Assembly: GCA_963827685.1 (NCBI GenBank)
Contig: CAWHBU010000005.1
Location: 224,001-288,000, forward strand
Origin: an uncultured delta proteobacterium
Lineage (GTDB): Bacteria > Desulfobacterota > BSN033 > UBA1163
Direction of reading: 5' to 3'
Length of the DNA: 64,000 nt
Part shown: piece after piece, positions 10,054 through 20,596 of the stretch
Layout: each line of letters starts with the position of its first letter
Numbering within the stretch: position 1 is the stretch's first letter
The notes under the pieces: model-generated
What the model was told of the DNA's origin: nothing
Database searches by the model: none
What the model saw: only the letters and a program-made list of their open reading frames with translations
Translations under genes and position numbers: made by a program

Positions 10054-11130
10054 TCATTTCTTAAGCCCTTCCTCGTAGTCCCCAATCTGGTTTATGGTCG
10101 TCATGAACACATTGTCATGATTACGATATGCCTTATACCACTCAATTGTTTTCTTTAACCCAGTCTCCAGATCCCATTGCGGATACCATCCAAGTTCTAA
10201 TTTCGCTTTGGAGCAGTCTAATTTTAGGGTATGCGCTTCGTATGGGTGAAAACTTTGATCAACTTCCCAACAAGCCTTTCCTCCCCACATCTGAACGATC
10301 CTCTCAACAATCCACCTCACGGGCTTCGCGCTCTCGTCCTCTGGCCCAAAATTCCATGCACCACCAAACGTAGGTCCATCCTCATAAAGATGTTGACCCA
10401 GTACCAGGTAACCGAAAAGTGGTTCCAGAACATGCTGCCATGGGCGGATAGCATCGGGATAGCGAATAACAATGGGCCTATTTTCCAACAAAGCCTTCAT
10501 GCAGTCAGGAAGGAGCCTATCTTCCGCCCAATCACCCCCACCGATGACATTCCCCGATCTCACTGAGGCCACAGACGCACCATGCTTTTCATAATGGTCA
10601 GGATTGAAATAAGATTTCGTATAAGCTGCCGTGATGAGTTCAGCGCATCCCTTACTTGAACTATACGGATCATGTCCACCCATGGGGTCATTTTCTCTGT
10701 ATCCCCAGACCCACTCTCGATTCTCATAACATTTATCGCTGGTCACATTGATGATAACCCTTACTCCTCCTATTTGACGGACAGTCTCCAACAGATGGAC
10801 AGTACCCATTACATTTGTAGAATATGTCTCAAGAGGGTCAGAATAGGAACGCCTAACGAGTGCCTGGGCAGCTAAATGGAAAATTATTTCAGGCTTATAT
10901 TTTTGAATAACACTCTTAAGATGCCCAAAATCTCGCACGTCCCCTTCAATGGAGGTTACCTTTGTATTGAGATTACACAATTCAAAAAGGCTTGGCTGGG
11001 TAGGAGCTTTCAAGGCATAACCGATGACGTTTGATCCTAAATGATGCAGCCATAGGGATAGCCAAGCTCCCTTAAAACCCGTATGGCCTGTAATGAGGAC
11101 TGTACGATTTCGATAAGTATGTTCAAACAC
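10054..11130 (-). CDS. rfbG: CDP-glucose 4,6-dehydratase
   Basis: TGHTGFKG, TSDKCYEN, GGHDPYSSSK, RPWQHVLEPL. Confidence 0.97.
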   Translation of the reverse strand: MFEHTYRNRTVLITGHTGFKGAWLSLWLHHLGSNVIGYALKAPTQPSLFELCNLNTKVTSIEGDVRDFGHLKSVIQKYKPEIIFHLAAQALVRRSYSDPLETYSTNVMGTVHLLETVRQIGGVRVIINVTSDKCYENREWVWGYRENDPMGGHDPYSSSKGCAELITAAYTKSYFNPDHYEKHGASVASVRSGNVIGGGDWAEDRLLPDCMKALLENRPIVIRYPDAIRPWQHVLEPLFGYLVLGQHLYEDGPTFGGAWNFGPEDESAKPVRWIVERIVQMWGGKACWEVDQSFHPYEAHTLKLDCSKAKLELGWYPQWDLETGLKKTIEWYKAYRNHDNVFMTTINQIGDYEEGLKK

Positions 11131-11131
11131 G

Positions 11132-11899
11132 TTACCAAACCTTCCATGGAGGTTTTCCGCTATGCCATAGACTCTCTAATAGCCTGACATCCCGAAGCGT
11201 ATCCATGCTTTGCCAGAAGCCTTCATGACGATAGGCAACCAGTTGGCGGTCAGCCGCCAGACGTTCCAACGCGTCAGCCTCCAAACTGCTATGATCTCCT
11301 TCCAAATAGTTGAAAATCGTCGGCTCAAAAACCAAAAATCCTCCATTGATCCATCCTTCACCGATCTGAGGCTTCTCGGTAAATTGCGTTGCAAGGTTGC
11401 CATCGAAGATCAGACCGCCAAAACGGGCGGGTGGGCGAACTGCCGTCACCGTTGCCAACCCTCCTTGAGAGCGATGGAACCGCATCAGATCGTTGAGATC
11501 AACGTCACTCACGCCATCTCCATAAGTGACCATGAATGTTTCGTTTTTTAGCCAAGGCTCCAAGCGCTTTACGCGGCCGCCAGTAAGTGTATTCATACCT
11601 GTGTCAATGAGATTCACTATCCAGTCTTCGCATGCTTTATTGTGAACTTCCACCTTACCATTCGGCAGATGAACAGTCAGATTTCCATTTAATGTGTAGT
11701 AGTCCAGAAAGTAGCGTTTGACGATCTCACCTTTGTAGCCCAAGGCAATGAAGAATTCCTTAAAACCGTAGTGGGCATAATGTTTCATGATGTGCCAAAG
11801 GATTGGCCGTCCACCGATCTCCACCATCGGCTTAGGTTTAACTTCTGTCTCTTCGGCCAGACGTGAGCCAAAACCACCAGCGAGAATGACAATTTTCAT
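11132..11899 (-). CDS. rfbF: Glucose-1-phosphate cytidylyltransferase
   Basis: LAGGFGSRLAEET, KPKPMVEIG, TYGDGV, MDTLRD. Confidence 0.97.
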   Translation of the reverse strand: MKIVILAGGFGSRLAEETEVKPKPMVEIGGRPILWHIMKHYAHYGFKEFFIALGYKGEIVKRYFLDYYTLNGNLTVHLPNGKVEVHNKACEDWIVNLIDTGMNTLTGGRVKRLEPWLKNETFMVTYGDGVSDVDLNDLMRFHRSQGGLATVTAVRPPARFGGLIFDGNLATQFTEKPQIGEGWINGGFLVFEPTIFNYLEGDHSSLEADALERLAADRQLVAYRHEGFWQSMDTLRDVRLLESLWHSGKPPWKVW

Positions 11900-11992
11900 A
11901 GGATGTCCTATTATTTTTTAGCACTAATTTAACGCTTTTCTGCTGAAGAATCAACATCTTCTAAATAAAAGAATAGTTTCTTTATCGTTAAT

Positions 11993-13553
11993 TTATCCCT
12001 TTCTATCAAATATTTCTTCTTTGAGTTTCCATAGACTAAGTTCATTATTATTAAATATTAGCTCAAAATATTGAGACGCGGAGAGCCTCTGGACAAACGA
12101 AATGGGATACCCTCTTAAATGGCGTCTTTCTTCATCATCGTAAATTGTGGCCTTTTTAATTGAAATATAATGGACGCTATTCTTTACTAATAAACTTTTA
12201 GTTAATTCGCTATTCCCCCAGAAAACGTTTTCCAAATGCCAGAAATTCGAACCCCAAACGATTCTTCTGTTTGTATACTCCGTTAAATTATATTCAGTGT
12301 ACATGATGATAGCGTCCTCAGCAGTATTCCCTTTAATATAATTGATCCCCTCCTGAATTGCCGGCGTGATACGGCGTTGGGAATAGACATAGCCTAATAC
12401 ACCTAAAAACTGGACCAAACAAATCGCTAAGAATAGTATTTTGAGTCTCTTCTTATCCCAAAAAACGATCCCTCTCGATGCGATCACACATAAGAAGGGG
12501 GGAAATGGGCAAGAGGTATCGAATATCTGCATCAATATTGAAAAAGAATATGAAAAATAGAAAATAGAAAAAGATGGGGATCCAGAGCAACCCATCCTTT
12601 CTCAAAAACTTCTTCTTGAATAGATAAATGACCAAAAGTGAAAGGAGAGGCAATCCGAAATATTTTAGTTGATCTTTAACACTGAGAAATGTTGAGTTGT
12701 GGGCATAGGAAACCTTTTCGACGGATTCTTTTGGGGAATGTCTTTCAGGAGTCACCCAATTATTTATATTCCTGGATACTCCAGAAGTAAAGCTCTTCAA
12801 TGTCGTCCGGGCATTCCCCATCCAATGTTCTTCTTTAGAGGCATGTTTCTCTCTCCAATAGATATCAGGCAGAATGACTAATAAGGAAGCAAATGAAAAA
12901 ATTACTATTTTCGTTAGAAATTTATTTCTATAATTGAGAAAGAGGATGATAAGCAGAAAAGGGATCCCAAAAACCACACCACTCCATTTCGTAAAGTACA
13001 TGAGCCCGAATCCAAGTCCTGCAAACAGATGCTTCCTCCTTAGAATTAAAAAGAAGGTTAAAGTAGTCAGGGCAGCCAGCGGGACATCCACATAAAACAA
13101 TATTCCAAAACTGATGATCATCGGCACCGTGCCCACCAAGATCATCGAATATTTTCCTTCTTCTTCCCCATAAATCTCTTTACCCAACAGATAAGTTGAA
13201 AAGAGTAAAAGAGCATAATAGATCGTATGATAAACCTGCGCCAAGGGGAAGGAGATCCTTCCTGCGATCTTCCACAAAAAAGCCAAAAGAATGTGCCATA
13301 GAGGGGGAATTAGGTAGTCAACCTGATTCGCATAATTCTTTCCAAAAAGAGGATCAAAGGTGATTCTTTCTCCCTGGTTGAATATCCCCTTGGCAAATCG
13401 GTAATGGGTAATCTCATCCCCCAAATATAACTTGGAGTTTAAACCCACCACCATCACCCCTAATGAAAAAAAGAGGATAATTGCCCAAACCCTTTTCCCC
13501 CCGGAAATTGTATAGGTCTCTTTCTTAAACGACATCGTCGCCTTTCTATTCAA
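11993..13553 (-). CDS. ArnT/PMT-like (GT-C) membrane glycosyltransferase, +1 frameshift in G6 run at 12497-12502
   Basis: GDE after first TM helix, PPLW, many TM segments, RYLLP; the two ORFs join if one base is removed. Confidence 0.8.
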
Positions 13554-13718
13554 TCCTAAGAGAATTTATTTTGTCTCAGGGCTGAGAAGATCCACTACCT
13601 CTATCACCTTTTCGTACATTAGATAGAAATTATTCTTAGGACTTGAATCAGCAACGACTGAACGAAAGAGGATTCTATTCATTTCTTTTTGGATGGTTCA
13701 GCCGGCAAGTATAGGATT

Positions 13719-14213
13719 TCAGGGGCAGTGACCAACAAAATCCTTGATCGTTTTGATCAAAGTGTCTCTCTCGGCATACGGCTTTCCCTTACCGACTTTT
13801 CCTCTTCTTTCCAGCATCTCTTTTACCGCTGATTCGAGGTCCTCTATATCATAGACGACTTTTATCAAATCATTCCCGACCAACCGTTGTGCGAGCTCCA
13901 CCTGATGGTCATCAACATGCTCTCCATAATGGTGCCTCCTTGGGACCACGATGATGGGAATTTGAAATTTCAGGGCATTCAAGATTGTCCCTGTTCCCCC
14001 GTGCCCAACGACCAACAAGGCTTTTTGAAAATATGAGAGATTTTCTTGATAAGAGGCGTAACGAAAATATTTGGCATTTTGTGGTTCATAGGGGACGGTT
14101 CCAATTTGCATGATCACTTCCTTGTCGATCTTCCCTGCAATTTCGTCCATCTTATTGATCAGTCGTGTGAATTCTATCCCTTTTACGGCTGACCCCAATG
14201 TGACGAAAATCAT
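13719..14213 (-). CDS. Alg13/PssE-like GT28 C-terminal subunit
   Basis: MIFVTLG, HGGTGT, PRR...GEHVDDHQ. Confidence 0.9.
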   Translation of the reverse strand: MIFVTLGSAVKGIEFTRLINKMDEIAGKIDKEVIMQIGTVPYEPQNAKYFRYASYQENLSYFQKALLVVGHGGTGTILNALKFQIPIIVVPRRHHYGEHVDDHQVELAQRLVGNDLIKVVYDIEDLESAVKEMLERRGKVGKGKPYAERDTLIKTIKDFVGHCP

Positions 14214-14716
14214 ATTAGCCTCCCTCCATAGACGGCTTTGGGACCCGCCTTTTTCAAAAGCTCAGGCCATTGGACAAGAAACAGGTCCACAATCGGATAA
14301 AGGACTTTCCCTGCATAGGACAAGTCTTTCACCCGGGTCAATGTTTCGAGATAGATTAACCTTGTTCGGAAGAATATTTTTCCTATATAAAATGCTGGAA
14401 CGGCAATTTCTGCCCCTGTAGAAAAAAGAATGGATGGTTTCTCCTTCCAGAAGATCCAGATGAACTGAAATAGGTTTATAATGGCGGTGAGAAATACGGC
14501 GAACAAGGATGAGTATCCCAAAAGAATCCTCAACCGATAAATTCTCTTGACCTCCTCCAACTGAATTTCCCTGAGACTGGGGAAGTTATGAACAATCAAA
14601 AAGACATCATACCCTTTAAATGCTCCTATGATGCTTAAAGCCTCGGTCAGATGACCTCCACTTCCAGTAACAATACCTATCCTCCTCATCGGCATCTGGC
14701 CTTTTCCGTCACACAT
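14210..14716 (-). CDS. Alg14/PssD-like subunit
   Basis: SGGHLTE, STGAEIAVP, FLVQW. Confidence 0.9.
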   Translation of the reverse strand: MCDGKGQMPMRRIGIVTGSGGHLTEALSIIGAFKGYDVFLIVHNFPSLREIQLEEVKRIYRLRILLGYSSLFAVFLTAIINLFQFIWIFWKEKPSILFSTGAEIAVPAFYIGKIFFRTRLIYLETLTRVKDLSYAGKVLYPIVDLFLVQWPELLKKAGPKAVYGGRLI

Positions 14717-14723
14717 TTGTTCT

Positions 14724-15293
14724 TTAAGCTTCTCCCCTTCTTTTAATCACTTTGACCGGGACACCTGCCGCGACACTATAAGGCGGAATATTTTTATTCA
14801 CAATGGAGCCAGCCCCAATCACAGACCCCTTCCCTATTGTCACCCCTTTGATAATGACACAATGAGAGGCAATCCAAACATCTTCCTCAATGCTAACCTC
14901 CTTGCCATTCATCCCCTGCTGGTTAATGGGAAGGTCTGAATTTTCAAAACGATGATCTAAATCTACGATGATATTCTGAGGACCTATAATTACATTGTCC
15001 CCAATCCTTATTCCCACGCCGCTGTAGATCACACTCCCCTCCCCAATATGGACTCCATTCCCTATTTCGATCTTTCCTTCCGGAGTCGTGCTAATCGTTA
15101 CCCCCCTGAGAATCCGAACATCATCCCCAATCGTTACGGCACCCGGAGAGTTCCCAACGATTCGAATGCCTTCGTAAAATTTTACATTCTTTCCAATCTT
15201 TCCCCCCATCGAATGGATGGCCGCTTTCCAGAACCAATATCGAAGGCTAAAACCGATGTTGAAATAAAGAAATTTTAGAATTCTCCCCAACAT
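14724..15293 (-). CDS. Hexapeptide-repeat (LbH) acyltransferase
   Basis: Repeated IG motifs, IEEDVWI, AAGVPVK. Confidence 0.9.
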   Translation of the reverse strand: MLGRILKFLYFNIGFSLRYWFWKAAIHSMGGKIGKNVKFYEGIRIVGNSPGAVTIGDDVRILRGVTISTTPEGKIEIGNGVHIGEGSVIYSGVGIRIGDNVIIGPQNIIVDLDHRFENSDLPINQQGMNGKEVSIEEDVWIASHCVIIKGVTIGKGSVIGAGSIVNKNIPPYSVAAGVPVKVIKRRGEA

Positions 15294-15304
15294 AAAATAT
15301 CCTT

Positions 15305-16273
15305 TTAATTTTTAAATCCATCCTTTTTCCAATAACTGGTAATAATGGCTCCTCGTCGTAAACTACTCTCCAACTGCGCGAAGGGACCCGTCAGGAGAGT
15401 AAATAATATCCAGGCCAACCTCTGAAAGAAAGGACTTTCCCCTCGGTGCTCTTTTCCCCAGGCTTTTTGTGGATCGAGATTGGGAAAGAGAGAGATCACC
15501 AAAGTCGGCGGATGCCACCAGTTCATAAAATGATCCATCTTCGCCGCGGTAAACCCAACCTTGCCCAATAATAAACTGAGTGTTTCTGCCCTGAAATAGT
15601 AGAGGTCTCTTGGGACATCGAAGGCCGCCCATCTCTTTTTAAAGATTTTGTACTGTATAGAGTTGCTGTTCGGGACCTGAATAATTAAAAACCCTTCTTT
15701 CTTTAGGATTCGATGGATTTCTTTTATCACCCTCGCGGGACTATGCGTATGCTCGAGCACATTATAAAGAGTAACGAGATCGAAGAATTCATCTGAAAAA
15801 TTGGCCGACAACAGATCTCCCTTTAGAACATTCAGGTTAAGATGTTGTTTCGCATAGTTCGCCGAATCAGAGGTCTCGACGCCGAAAGTTTCAAAGCCTT
15901 TGCTTCTGAATACATCGAGTCGATCGCCCGCGCCACACCCCACATCTAAGACCTTGCCGGAATTCTTGTCCGTAAATATTACCACTTTCGAGACCTCATC
16001 CTGAAGGAGATGATAGCGGTAGCTTTTCTCCAACCTCCTCACCCATTTTGTAAGAAATGAGTCCGCCTCCAGTGTCTCCTTCCAGGAATAGGTTTCTGGG
16101 TAGAATTTCCCTATTTCTGTCTCAGTAGGTCTCGGGTTCACATAGAGAAGCCCACACTGCCTGCACTCCACCACCTGAAATTGATCATCGCTGATGCCGA
16201 GCTTATCTTTCTTCTTAAAAATAACCTGGGTGTTATCAAGATCACATAGGTCACAGTTCACGTACTCCATCAA
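15305..16273 (-). CDS. Class I SAM methyltransferase with N-terminal Cys cluster
   Basis: CDLC...CRQC, VLDVGCGAG, VLEH, QVPN. Confidence 0.9.
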   Translation of the reverse strand: MMEYVNCDLCDLDNTQVIFKKKDKLGISDDQFQVVECRQCGLLYVNPRPTETEIGKFYPETYSWKETLEADSFLTKWVRRLEKSYRYHLLQDEVSKVVIFTDKNSGKVLDVGCGAGDRLDVFRSKGFETFGVETSDSANYAKQHLNLNVLKGDLLSANFSDEFFDLVTLYNVLEHTHSPARVIKEIHRILKKEGFLIIQVPNSNSIQYKIFKKRWAAFDVPRDLYYFRAETLSLLLGKVGFTAAKMDHFMNWWHPPTLVISLFPNLDPQKAWGKEHRGESPFFQRLAWILFTLLTGPFAQLESSLRRGAIITSYWKKDGFKN

Positions 16274-17403
16274 TATTCTCTTTTCCCAAACCCCCTGATT
16301 TCCTGGATAATAGAATCGACCTCTTCGTCCTTTAAATCGGGGAAGAGAGGGAGAGTTAATAATTTTTTCCAGACGGAATCTGAGATGGGGGTTTCGCCTC
16401 TGAAAGGATGGTACATTTCATAATGATTATTGGGGATATAATGAACCCCTGTCGAAATCCCTTTCCCTTGCAAATAAATATTGAGTTGATCTCTCTTATC
16501 GACTTTGATCACGTAGTTGTGATGCGAAGGCTTTGCATAGGATCTAATGACAGGAGTTTCCAGCCATTTTAAACGTTTGAGGCCTTCGTTATATTCCTCC
16601 GTAATCTCTTTACGTCTCTGATTCATCTTGTCCAGTTTCTTGAGTTGAACCAGCCCGATGGCGGCCGGGATATCATTCATATGGTATTTGAAACCCACTT
16701 CCTCCACGTTATAATACCAGGAATATCTCTCATCCTTCTCTTCTCTCGACCAGGTATCCTTCGATATTCCCATCCATCTCAGCTTGAGTAGTCGCCCGTA
16801 TAATTTCGGATCGTCCGTGGTGATCATCCCTCCTTCACCCGTCGACATGTTCTTTACCGCATGAAAACTGAAGCACGCAAGATCTCCCAGCGAGCCCAAT
16901 TTCTGCCCTTTATATTCTCCACCACAACCGTGGGCCGCGTCCTCTACCACATGGATGCCTCTCTCTTTGGCGAGATCCAGAATGGCGTCCATATCGCAGG
17001 CGTGTCCGCCGTAATGGACGACGACAATGGCTTTTGTCTTCGAAGTGACCTGTTTCTTCACCTGCATGGGATCTATGTTAAGTGTATCCGGTTCGATGTC
17101 TGCGAAGACGGGAATTCCACTGTTATAGAGGATGGCATGGTTGGTTGAAATAAACGTCATAGGGGTGGTGATCACTTCCATGTCTTTAATCTCGAGAACT
17201 TTCAATGCCAGATGGAGGGCAGCCGTTCCTGAGTTGAGAGCCACTGCGAATCTTGTGCCGATATATTCAGCAAACCTTTCCTCAAACTCTCTGGTCTTTG
17301 GACCCAAACCGATCCATCCCGTTTCGAAAGGTTCCCGTAGGGCTTCCAATTCTTCTTCGCCGAATGAAGGCTTGAACACAGGTATCATGAACCCCTCTGT
17401 CAC
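16270..17403 (-). CDS. DegT/DnrJ/EryC1/StrS sugar aminotransferase
   Basis: NSGTAALH, EDAAH, FSFHAVKN. Confidence 0.95.
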   Translation of the reverse strand: MTEGFMIPVFKPSFGEEELEALREPFETGWIGLGPKTREFEERFAEYIGTRFAVALNSGTAALHLALKVLEIKDMEVITTPMTFISTNHAILYNSGIPVFADIEPDTLNIDPMQVKKQVTSKTKAIVVVHYGGHACDMDAILDLAKERGIHVVEDAAHGCGGEYKGQKLGSLGDLACFSFHAVKNMSTGEGGMITTDDPKLYGRLLKLRWMGISKDTWSREEKDERYSWYYNVEEVGFKYHMNDIPAAIGLVQLKKLDKMNQRRKEITEEYNEGLKRLKWLETPVIRSYAKPSHHNYVIKVDKRDQLNIYLQGKGISTGVHYIPNNHYEMYHPFRGETPISDSVWKKLLTLPLFPDLKDEEVDSIIQEIRGFGKREY

Positions 17404-18431
17404 TCACTCAAGGCAATTTCCCTTGCAGAGATTCCGAATCGTTTTATCAATCGATAGACCTCCCGGTTGGTGATGCGTTTCTTTTGTTGGATCATTTTTC
17501 TCTTTTCGAGCATCAACGGAAGCTTTTTCCATACAGAGAGGTAGACTTTCAGCAATATCTTCACCAGTTCTGTTTTAGAAAAATCACTTGTGAACTGGCC
17601 CGCCGCCCCTTTGCCTTTCAAGGCACCATAGGCCTGGAAGGCATATCTCCACAGCGTATAAAATTGGCCGAGAATGATTAGGGAAACGGGAAAGTTCTTC
17701 AACGCCACCCAGATCCGATTCCTCTCGACCAAAAAGGCTTTAAAAGCGGAAACCCTTCCTCCGGAGCTGGTAGAATGGTGATGATAAACAACGGCTTTCG
17801 GGCTATAGATGCATTTCCATCCCGCCAGCTGCGCTCTCCACCCCATATCCGTCTCATCCGCATAAGCAAAAAAATCTTCATCATACAAACCGATGTCTTC
17901 TAACATCTCTCGTCGATAGAGACAAGCACAATCGCTGGCAAAGAATATTTCTTCCTCTTCGCCATATCGGTCTCTCTTTTCAAGTCTTCCCCTACCGAAA
18001 GAAAGTCCATCCGGGCAAACCACAATACCTACCCCATCAATGACGTCGGGCTCACTTTCCAAAAGGATTTTGGAAGCACAAGCACCATAGTTTTTATCTT
18101 TCTCAATGGATCTTTTCAACTCTTCTACACATTTCGGATCCAACCGGGTATCATTATTTAAAATCATGATATATTTTCCCTGAGACGCCAGAATCCCGAT
18201 ATTATTTCCAGCACCAAAGCCGAGGTTTTTTTCATTGATAATCAGATTGACATCCTGGAATTTCTCCTTCAAGAAATCCACCGAGCCATCAGTGGACGCA
18301 TTATCCACCACGATAATTTCTAAAGGTCGATAGGTCTGATTATAGAGAGACCTTAAACAATTGTCCAGCACAAGATACCCATTCCAATTAAGAACCACCG
18401 CGCTGATGAGGGGGAAATCCTGGTTAGTCAT
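17400..18431 (-). CDS. GT2 glycosyltransferase
   Basis: VLNWNG, VDNASTD, LNNDT, DEDFFAY. Confidence 0.93.
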   Translation of the reverse strand: MTNQDFPLISAVVLNWNGYLVLDNCLRSLYNQTYRPLEIIVVDNASTDGSVDFLKEKFQDVNLIINEKNLGFGAGNNIGILASQGKYIMILNNDTRLDPKCVEELKRSIEKDKNYGACASKILLESEPDVIDGVGIVVCPDGLSFGRGRLEKRDRYGEEEEIFFASDCACLYRREMLEDIGLYDEDFFAYADETDMGWRAQLAGWKCIYSPKAVVYHHHSTSSGGRVSAFKAFLVERNRIWVALKNFPVSLIILGQFYTLWRYAFQAYGALKGKGAAGQFTSDFSKTELVKILLKVYLSVWKKLPLMLEKRKMIQQKKRITNREVYRLIKRFGISAREIALSE

Positions 18432-18484
18432 CCGTTCACAACCTTTCGCATTGAACCAAAAAGAGATTACGCGTTGTAATGCCC

Positions 18485-19324
18485 CTATTCCAAACCGAGG
18501 ACTTGATCTACTCTCGTGAATCTAAAATGTTCTAAAAGAAATTTAAACTTCTTCAACGCAGAAGAAATGCCGTAGTATGAAATGACACGATTGAAAAGAG
18601 GAAGCTTAAAGCGAGGCGTCTTGTCGTAACCTTCCCAGGGATGAAAATAAAGCAAAAATGCTTGAGTTCGATTGATTCTCCTCAATCCCCAGTAGAGGAA
18701 GGAGGACGGCAAAGCTCTCAAGTAAAATCCTCCCGAAATGGGAATCTTCAACTTTCCGATCATTAATGGGCACAAAGGAAACTCCATGAGGGGACTCTGT
18801 GGATTCTCCTTTCTTACATCTTCAAAAGAGATCCGATAAGGTCGGGTGGGTGCTCCGCTTATCCCATAAAGAGGATTTATTTTCAAAGGAAAGATGCTCG
18901 CATCATATTGGTATCCAAAATCCAAAAGAACCTTGAGGGCCCATCGGTTACGGTTATCCATAGAAAAACAAGGGGCGCGAAACCCTTTAATCTTAATCTT
19001 TCCCAGAATCTTTTCCATGACAGAATGAAAACGTTCAAGTTCCTCCCGGAACAAGCTTTCATTCAAGTTCCATACGAGCTTGTGAGAAAAAGTATGACAA
19101 CCAATCTCATGCCCTCTCTCGAAGATTGACTGAATGAGACGAGGATTCTGCTCTGCTACCTCCCCCACAACAAAGAAGGAAGCTTTTGTTTTATATCTGT
19201 CCAGCAGGTCAAGAATGGGTCGCGTCGCCTCTTCAACCTGCGAAAAAGAAGACCTCCTCCCCTCCACCAATTCCGAGTGGTACCATTCTTCTAAATCAAT
19301 CGACAATGCATTGATCACAGCCAT
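18485..19324 (-). CDS. Polysaccharide deacetylase (NodB/CE4)
   Basis: SIDLEEWY, GHEIGCH, GFRAP, YFHPWE. Confidence 0.92.
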   Translation of the reverse strand: MAVINALSIDLEEWYHSELVEGRRSSFSQVEEATRPILDLLDRYKTKASFFVVGEVAEQNPRLIQSIFERGHEIGCHTFSHKLVWNLNESLFREELERFHSVMEKILGKIKIKGFRAPCFSMDNRNRWALKVLLDFGYQYDASIFPLKINPLYGISGAPTRPYRISFEDVRKENPQSPLMEFPLCPLMIGKLKIPISGGFYLRALPSSFLYWGLRRINRTQAFLLYFHPWEGYDKTPRFKLPLFNRVISYYGISSALKKFKFLLEHFRFTRVDQVLGLE

Positions 19325-19375
19325 CGCAGCGCTTCGACAACCTCATTCAGCTATCGACCCAACCCCTCAATGAAA

Positions 19376-19408
19376 CGGGCCCTGAACCTAATATGGTACA
19401 GGGCGGGC
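19376..19408. repeat. 23-bp palindromic micro-element, copy 1, with CGGGC direct repeat
   Basis: CGGGC-CCTGAACCTAATATGGTACAGGG-CGGGC. Confidence 0.75.
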
Positions 19409-19453
19409 ATCTTAACTCTGACCTTTTAGCCATGTCTTTTTACTTTCACGTAA

Positions 19454-20566
19454 TTAGATGACATCGGTATCTCCCCAGTTGACATACCATTTCTCCGGAG
19501 AATTAAATATTTCTCTTTTCGAATGAAAATAGACCATAAATTGAAAAGTTTTTGGGCTCGGGAGAAATCCTCTTTTCCGAAGGATCCTATCATAAGGATG
19601 GCCTTGGGGGACCATGAAAGCCAAAAGATCAGTGCCTTTGTGTCGGCTGTGTTGAATTCCCCTTTCCGTTAACGCCGTAAGGGTTACTTGATCCAGTGCC
19701 AATAAATCGACAATGACGGCGCTATTAAATTTGAGGAGTTCAACCTTTCTCAAGACAATATATCCCATCATCTCTCCACTTTTTTTTGCTCGATAAATCG
19801 TATAGGTTCGCGTTGGGTGTTGAAGATATCTCCAGGTCAAATAATTCCGATTTCGGACCCCAATGATGGGGTAAAGTGACAATGCTTTTTGCCAGAAATG
19901 ATCGAACTGATCATCCAACGAACCCATTTCTTCTATCTCAATCTTCTCCACCCCATTTCTTCTCTTTAATCTGTAGCAAAGAGCATACAAGAACCTTACC
20001 ACCCCTCCAGCAAGAAGGCTCAGAAGTGGAAAGTGGAGGTACCGATTTATGATGCCGCTAAATCTTATTGGATAGACCAGGACGGGAAGCTTCACCACTT
20101 CCTTCCAGCCGATTTTTTTCAATCCATGAATCGTTTCCTGCCGTATAGGGAATGCAATCAAGAAACGTCCATTCTCTTTTCTCACCCGTTCGATTCCGTA
20201 TCGCCCCAGCGCCTCGAAGATGCCCCTTCTCCAATAATCGGGGTGAACCATCAAATCAAGCGAAAGGGTCCCCAGAATAGATTCTCCTTGGACGGAAAAC
20301 GACCGAGGGATATCTGCAAAGTGTCCGACGATCTTACTCTCATCCTCCACAACATAGATCCATCCCTGTCCATCAGGCCCTCCCAGGAATTCCCACCCCC
20401 AAAATCTTGGATCCAATTTGTCTTTTTCTTCTTCCCCGAAGACAACTCCTCTGAGGGATAAAATTCCTTCCATATCCATCTTATTTCCATCCCGAACTTT
20501 CCAATAACGCATTTCATCCATCATTCTGGCCGTTCTATTTTGAATAAACCATTTCAACTGTCTCAA
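19454..20566 (-). CDS. GNAT-family acyltransferase
   Basis: LMVHPDYWRRGIF acyl-CoA motif; YLTWRY; C-terminal GDTD. Confidence 0.85.
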   Translation of the reverse strand: MRQLKWFIQNRTARMMDEMRYWKVRDGNKMDMEGILSLRGVVFGEEEKDKLDPRFWGWEFLGGPDGQGWIYVVEDESKIVGHFADIPRSFSVQGESILGTLSLDLMVHPDYWRRGIFEALGRYGIERVRKENGRFLIAFPIRQETIHGLKKIGWKEVVKLPVLVYPIRFSGIINRYLHFPLLSLLAGGVVRFLYALCYRLKRRNGVEKIEIEEMGSLDDQFDHFWQKALSLYPIIGVRNRNYLTWRYLQHPTRTYTIYRAKKSGEMMGYIVLRKVELLKFNSAVIVDLLALDQVTLTALTERGIQHSRHKGTDLLAFMVPQGHPYDRILRKRGFLPSPKTFQFMVYFHSKREIFNSPEKWYVNWGDTDVI

Positions 20567-20596
20567 TGCATCTTTTCTTAATCTATCCTAAACAGA

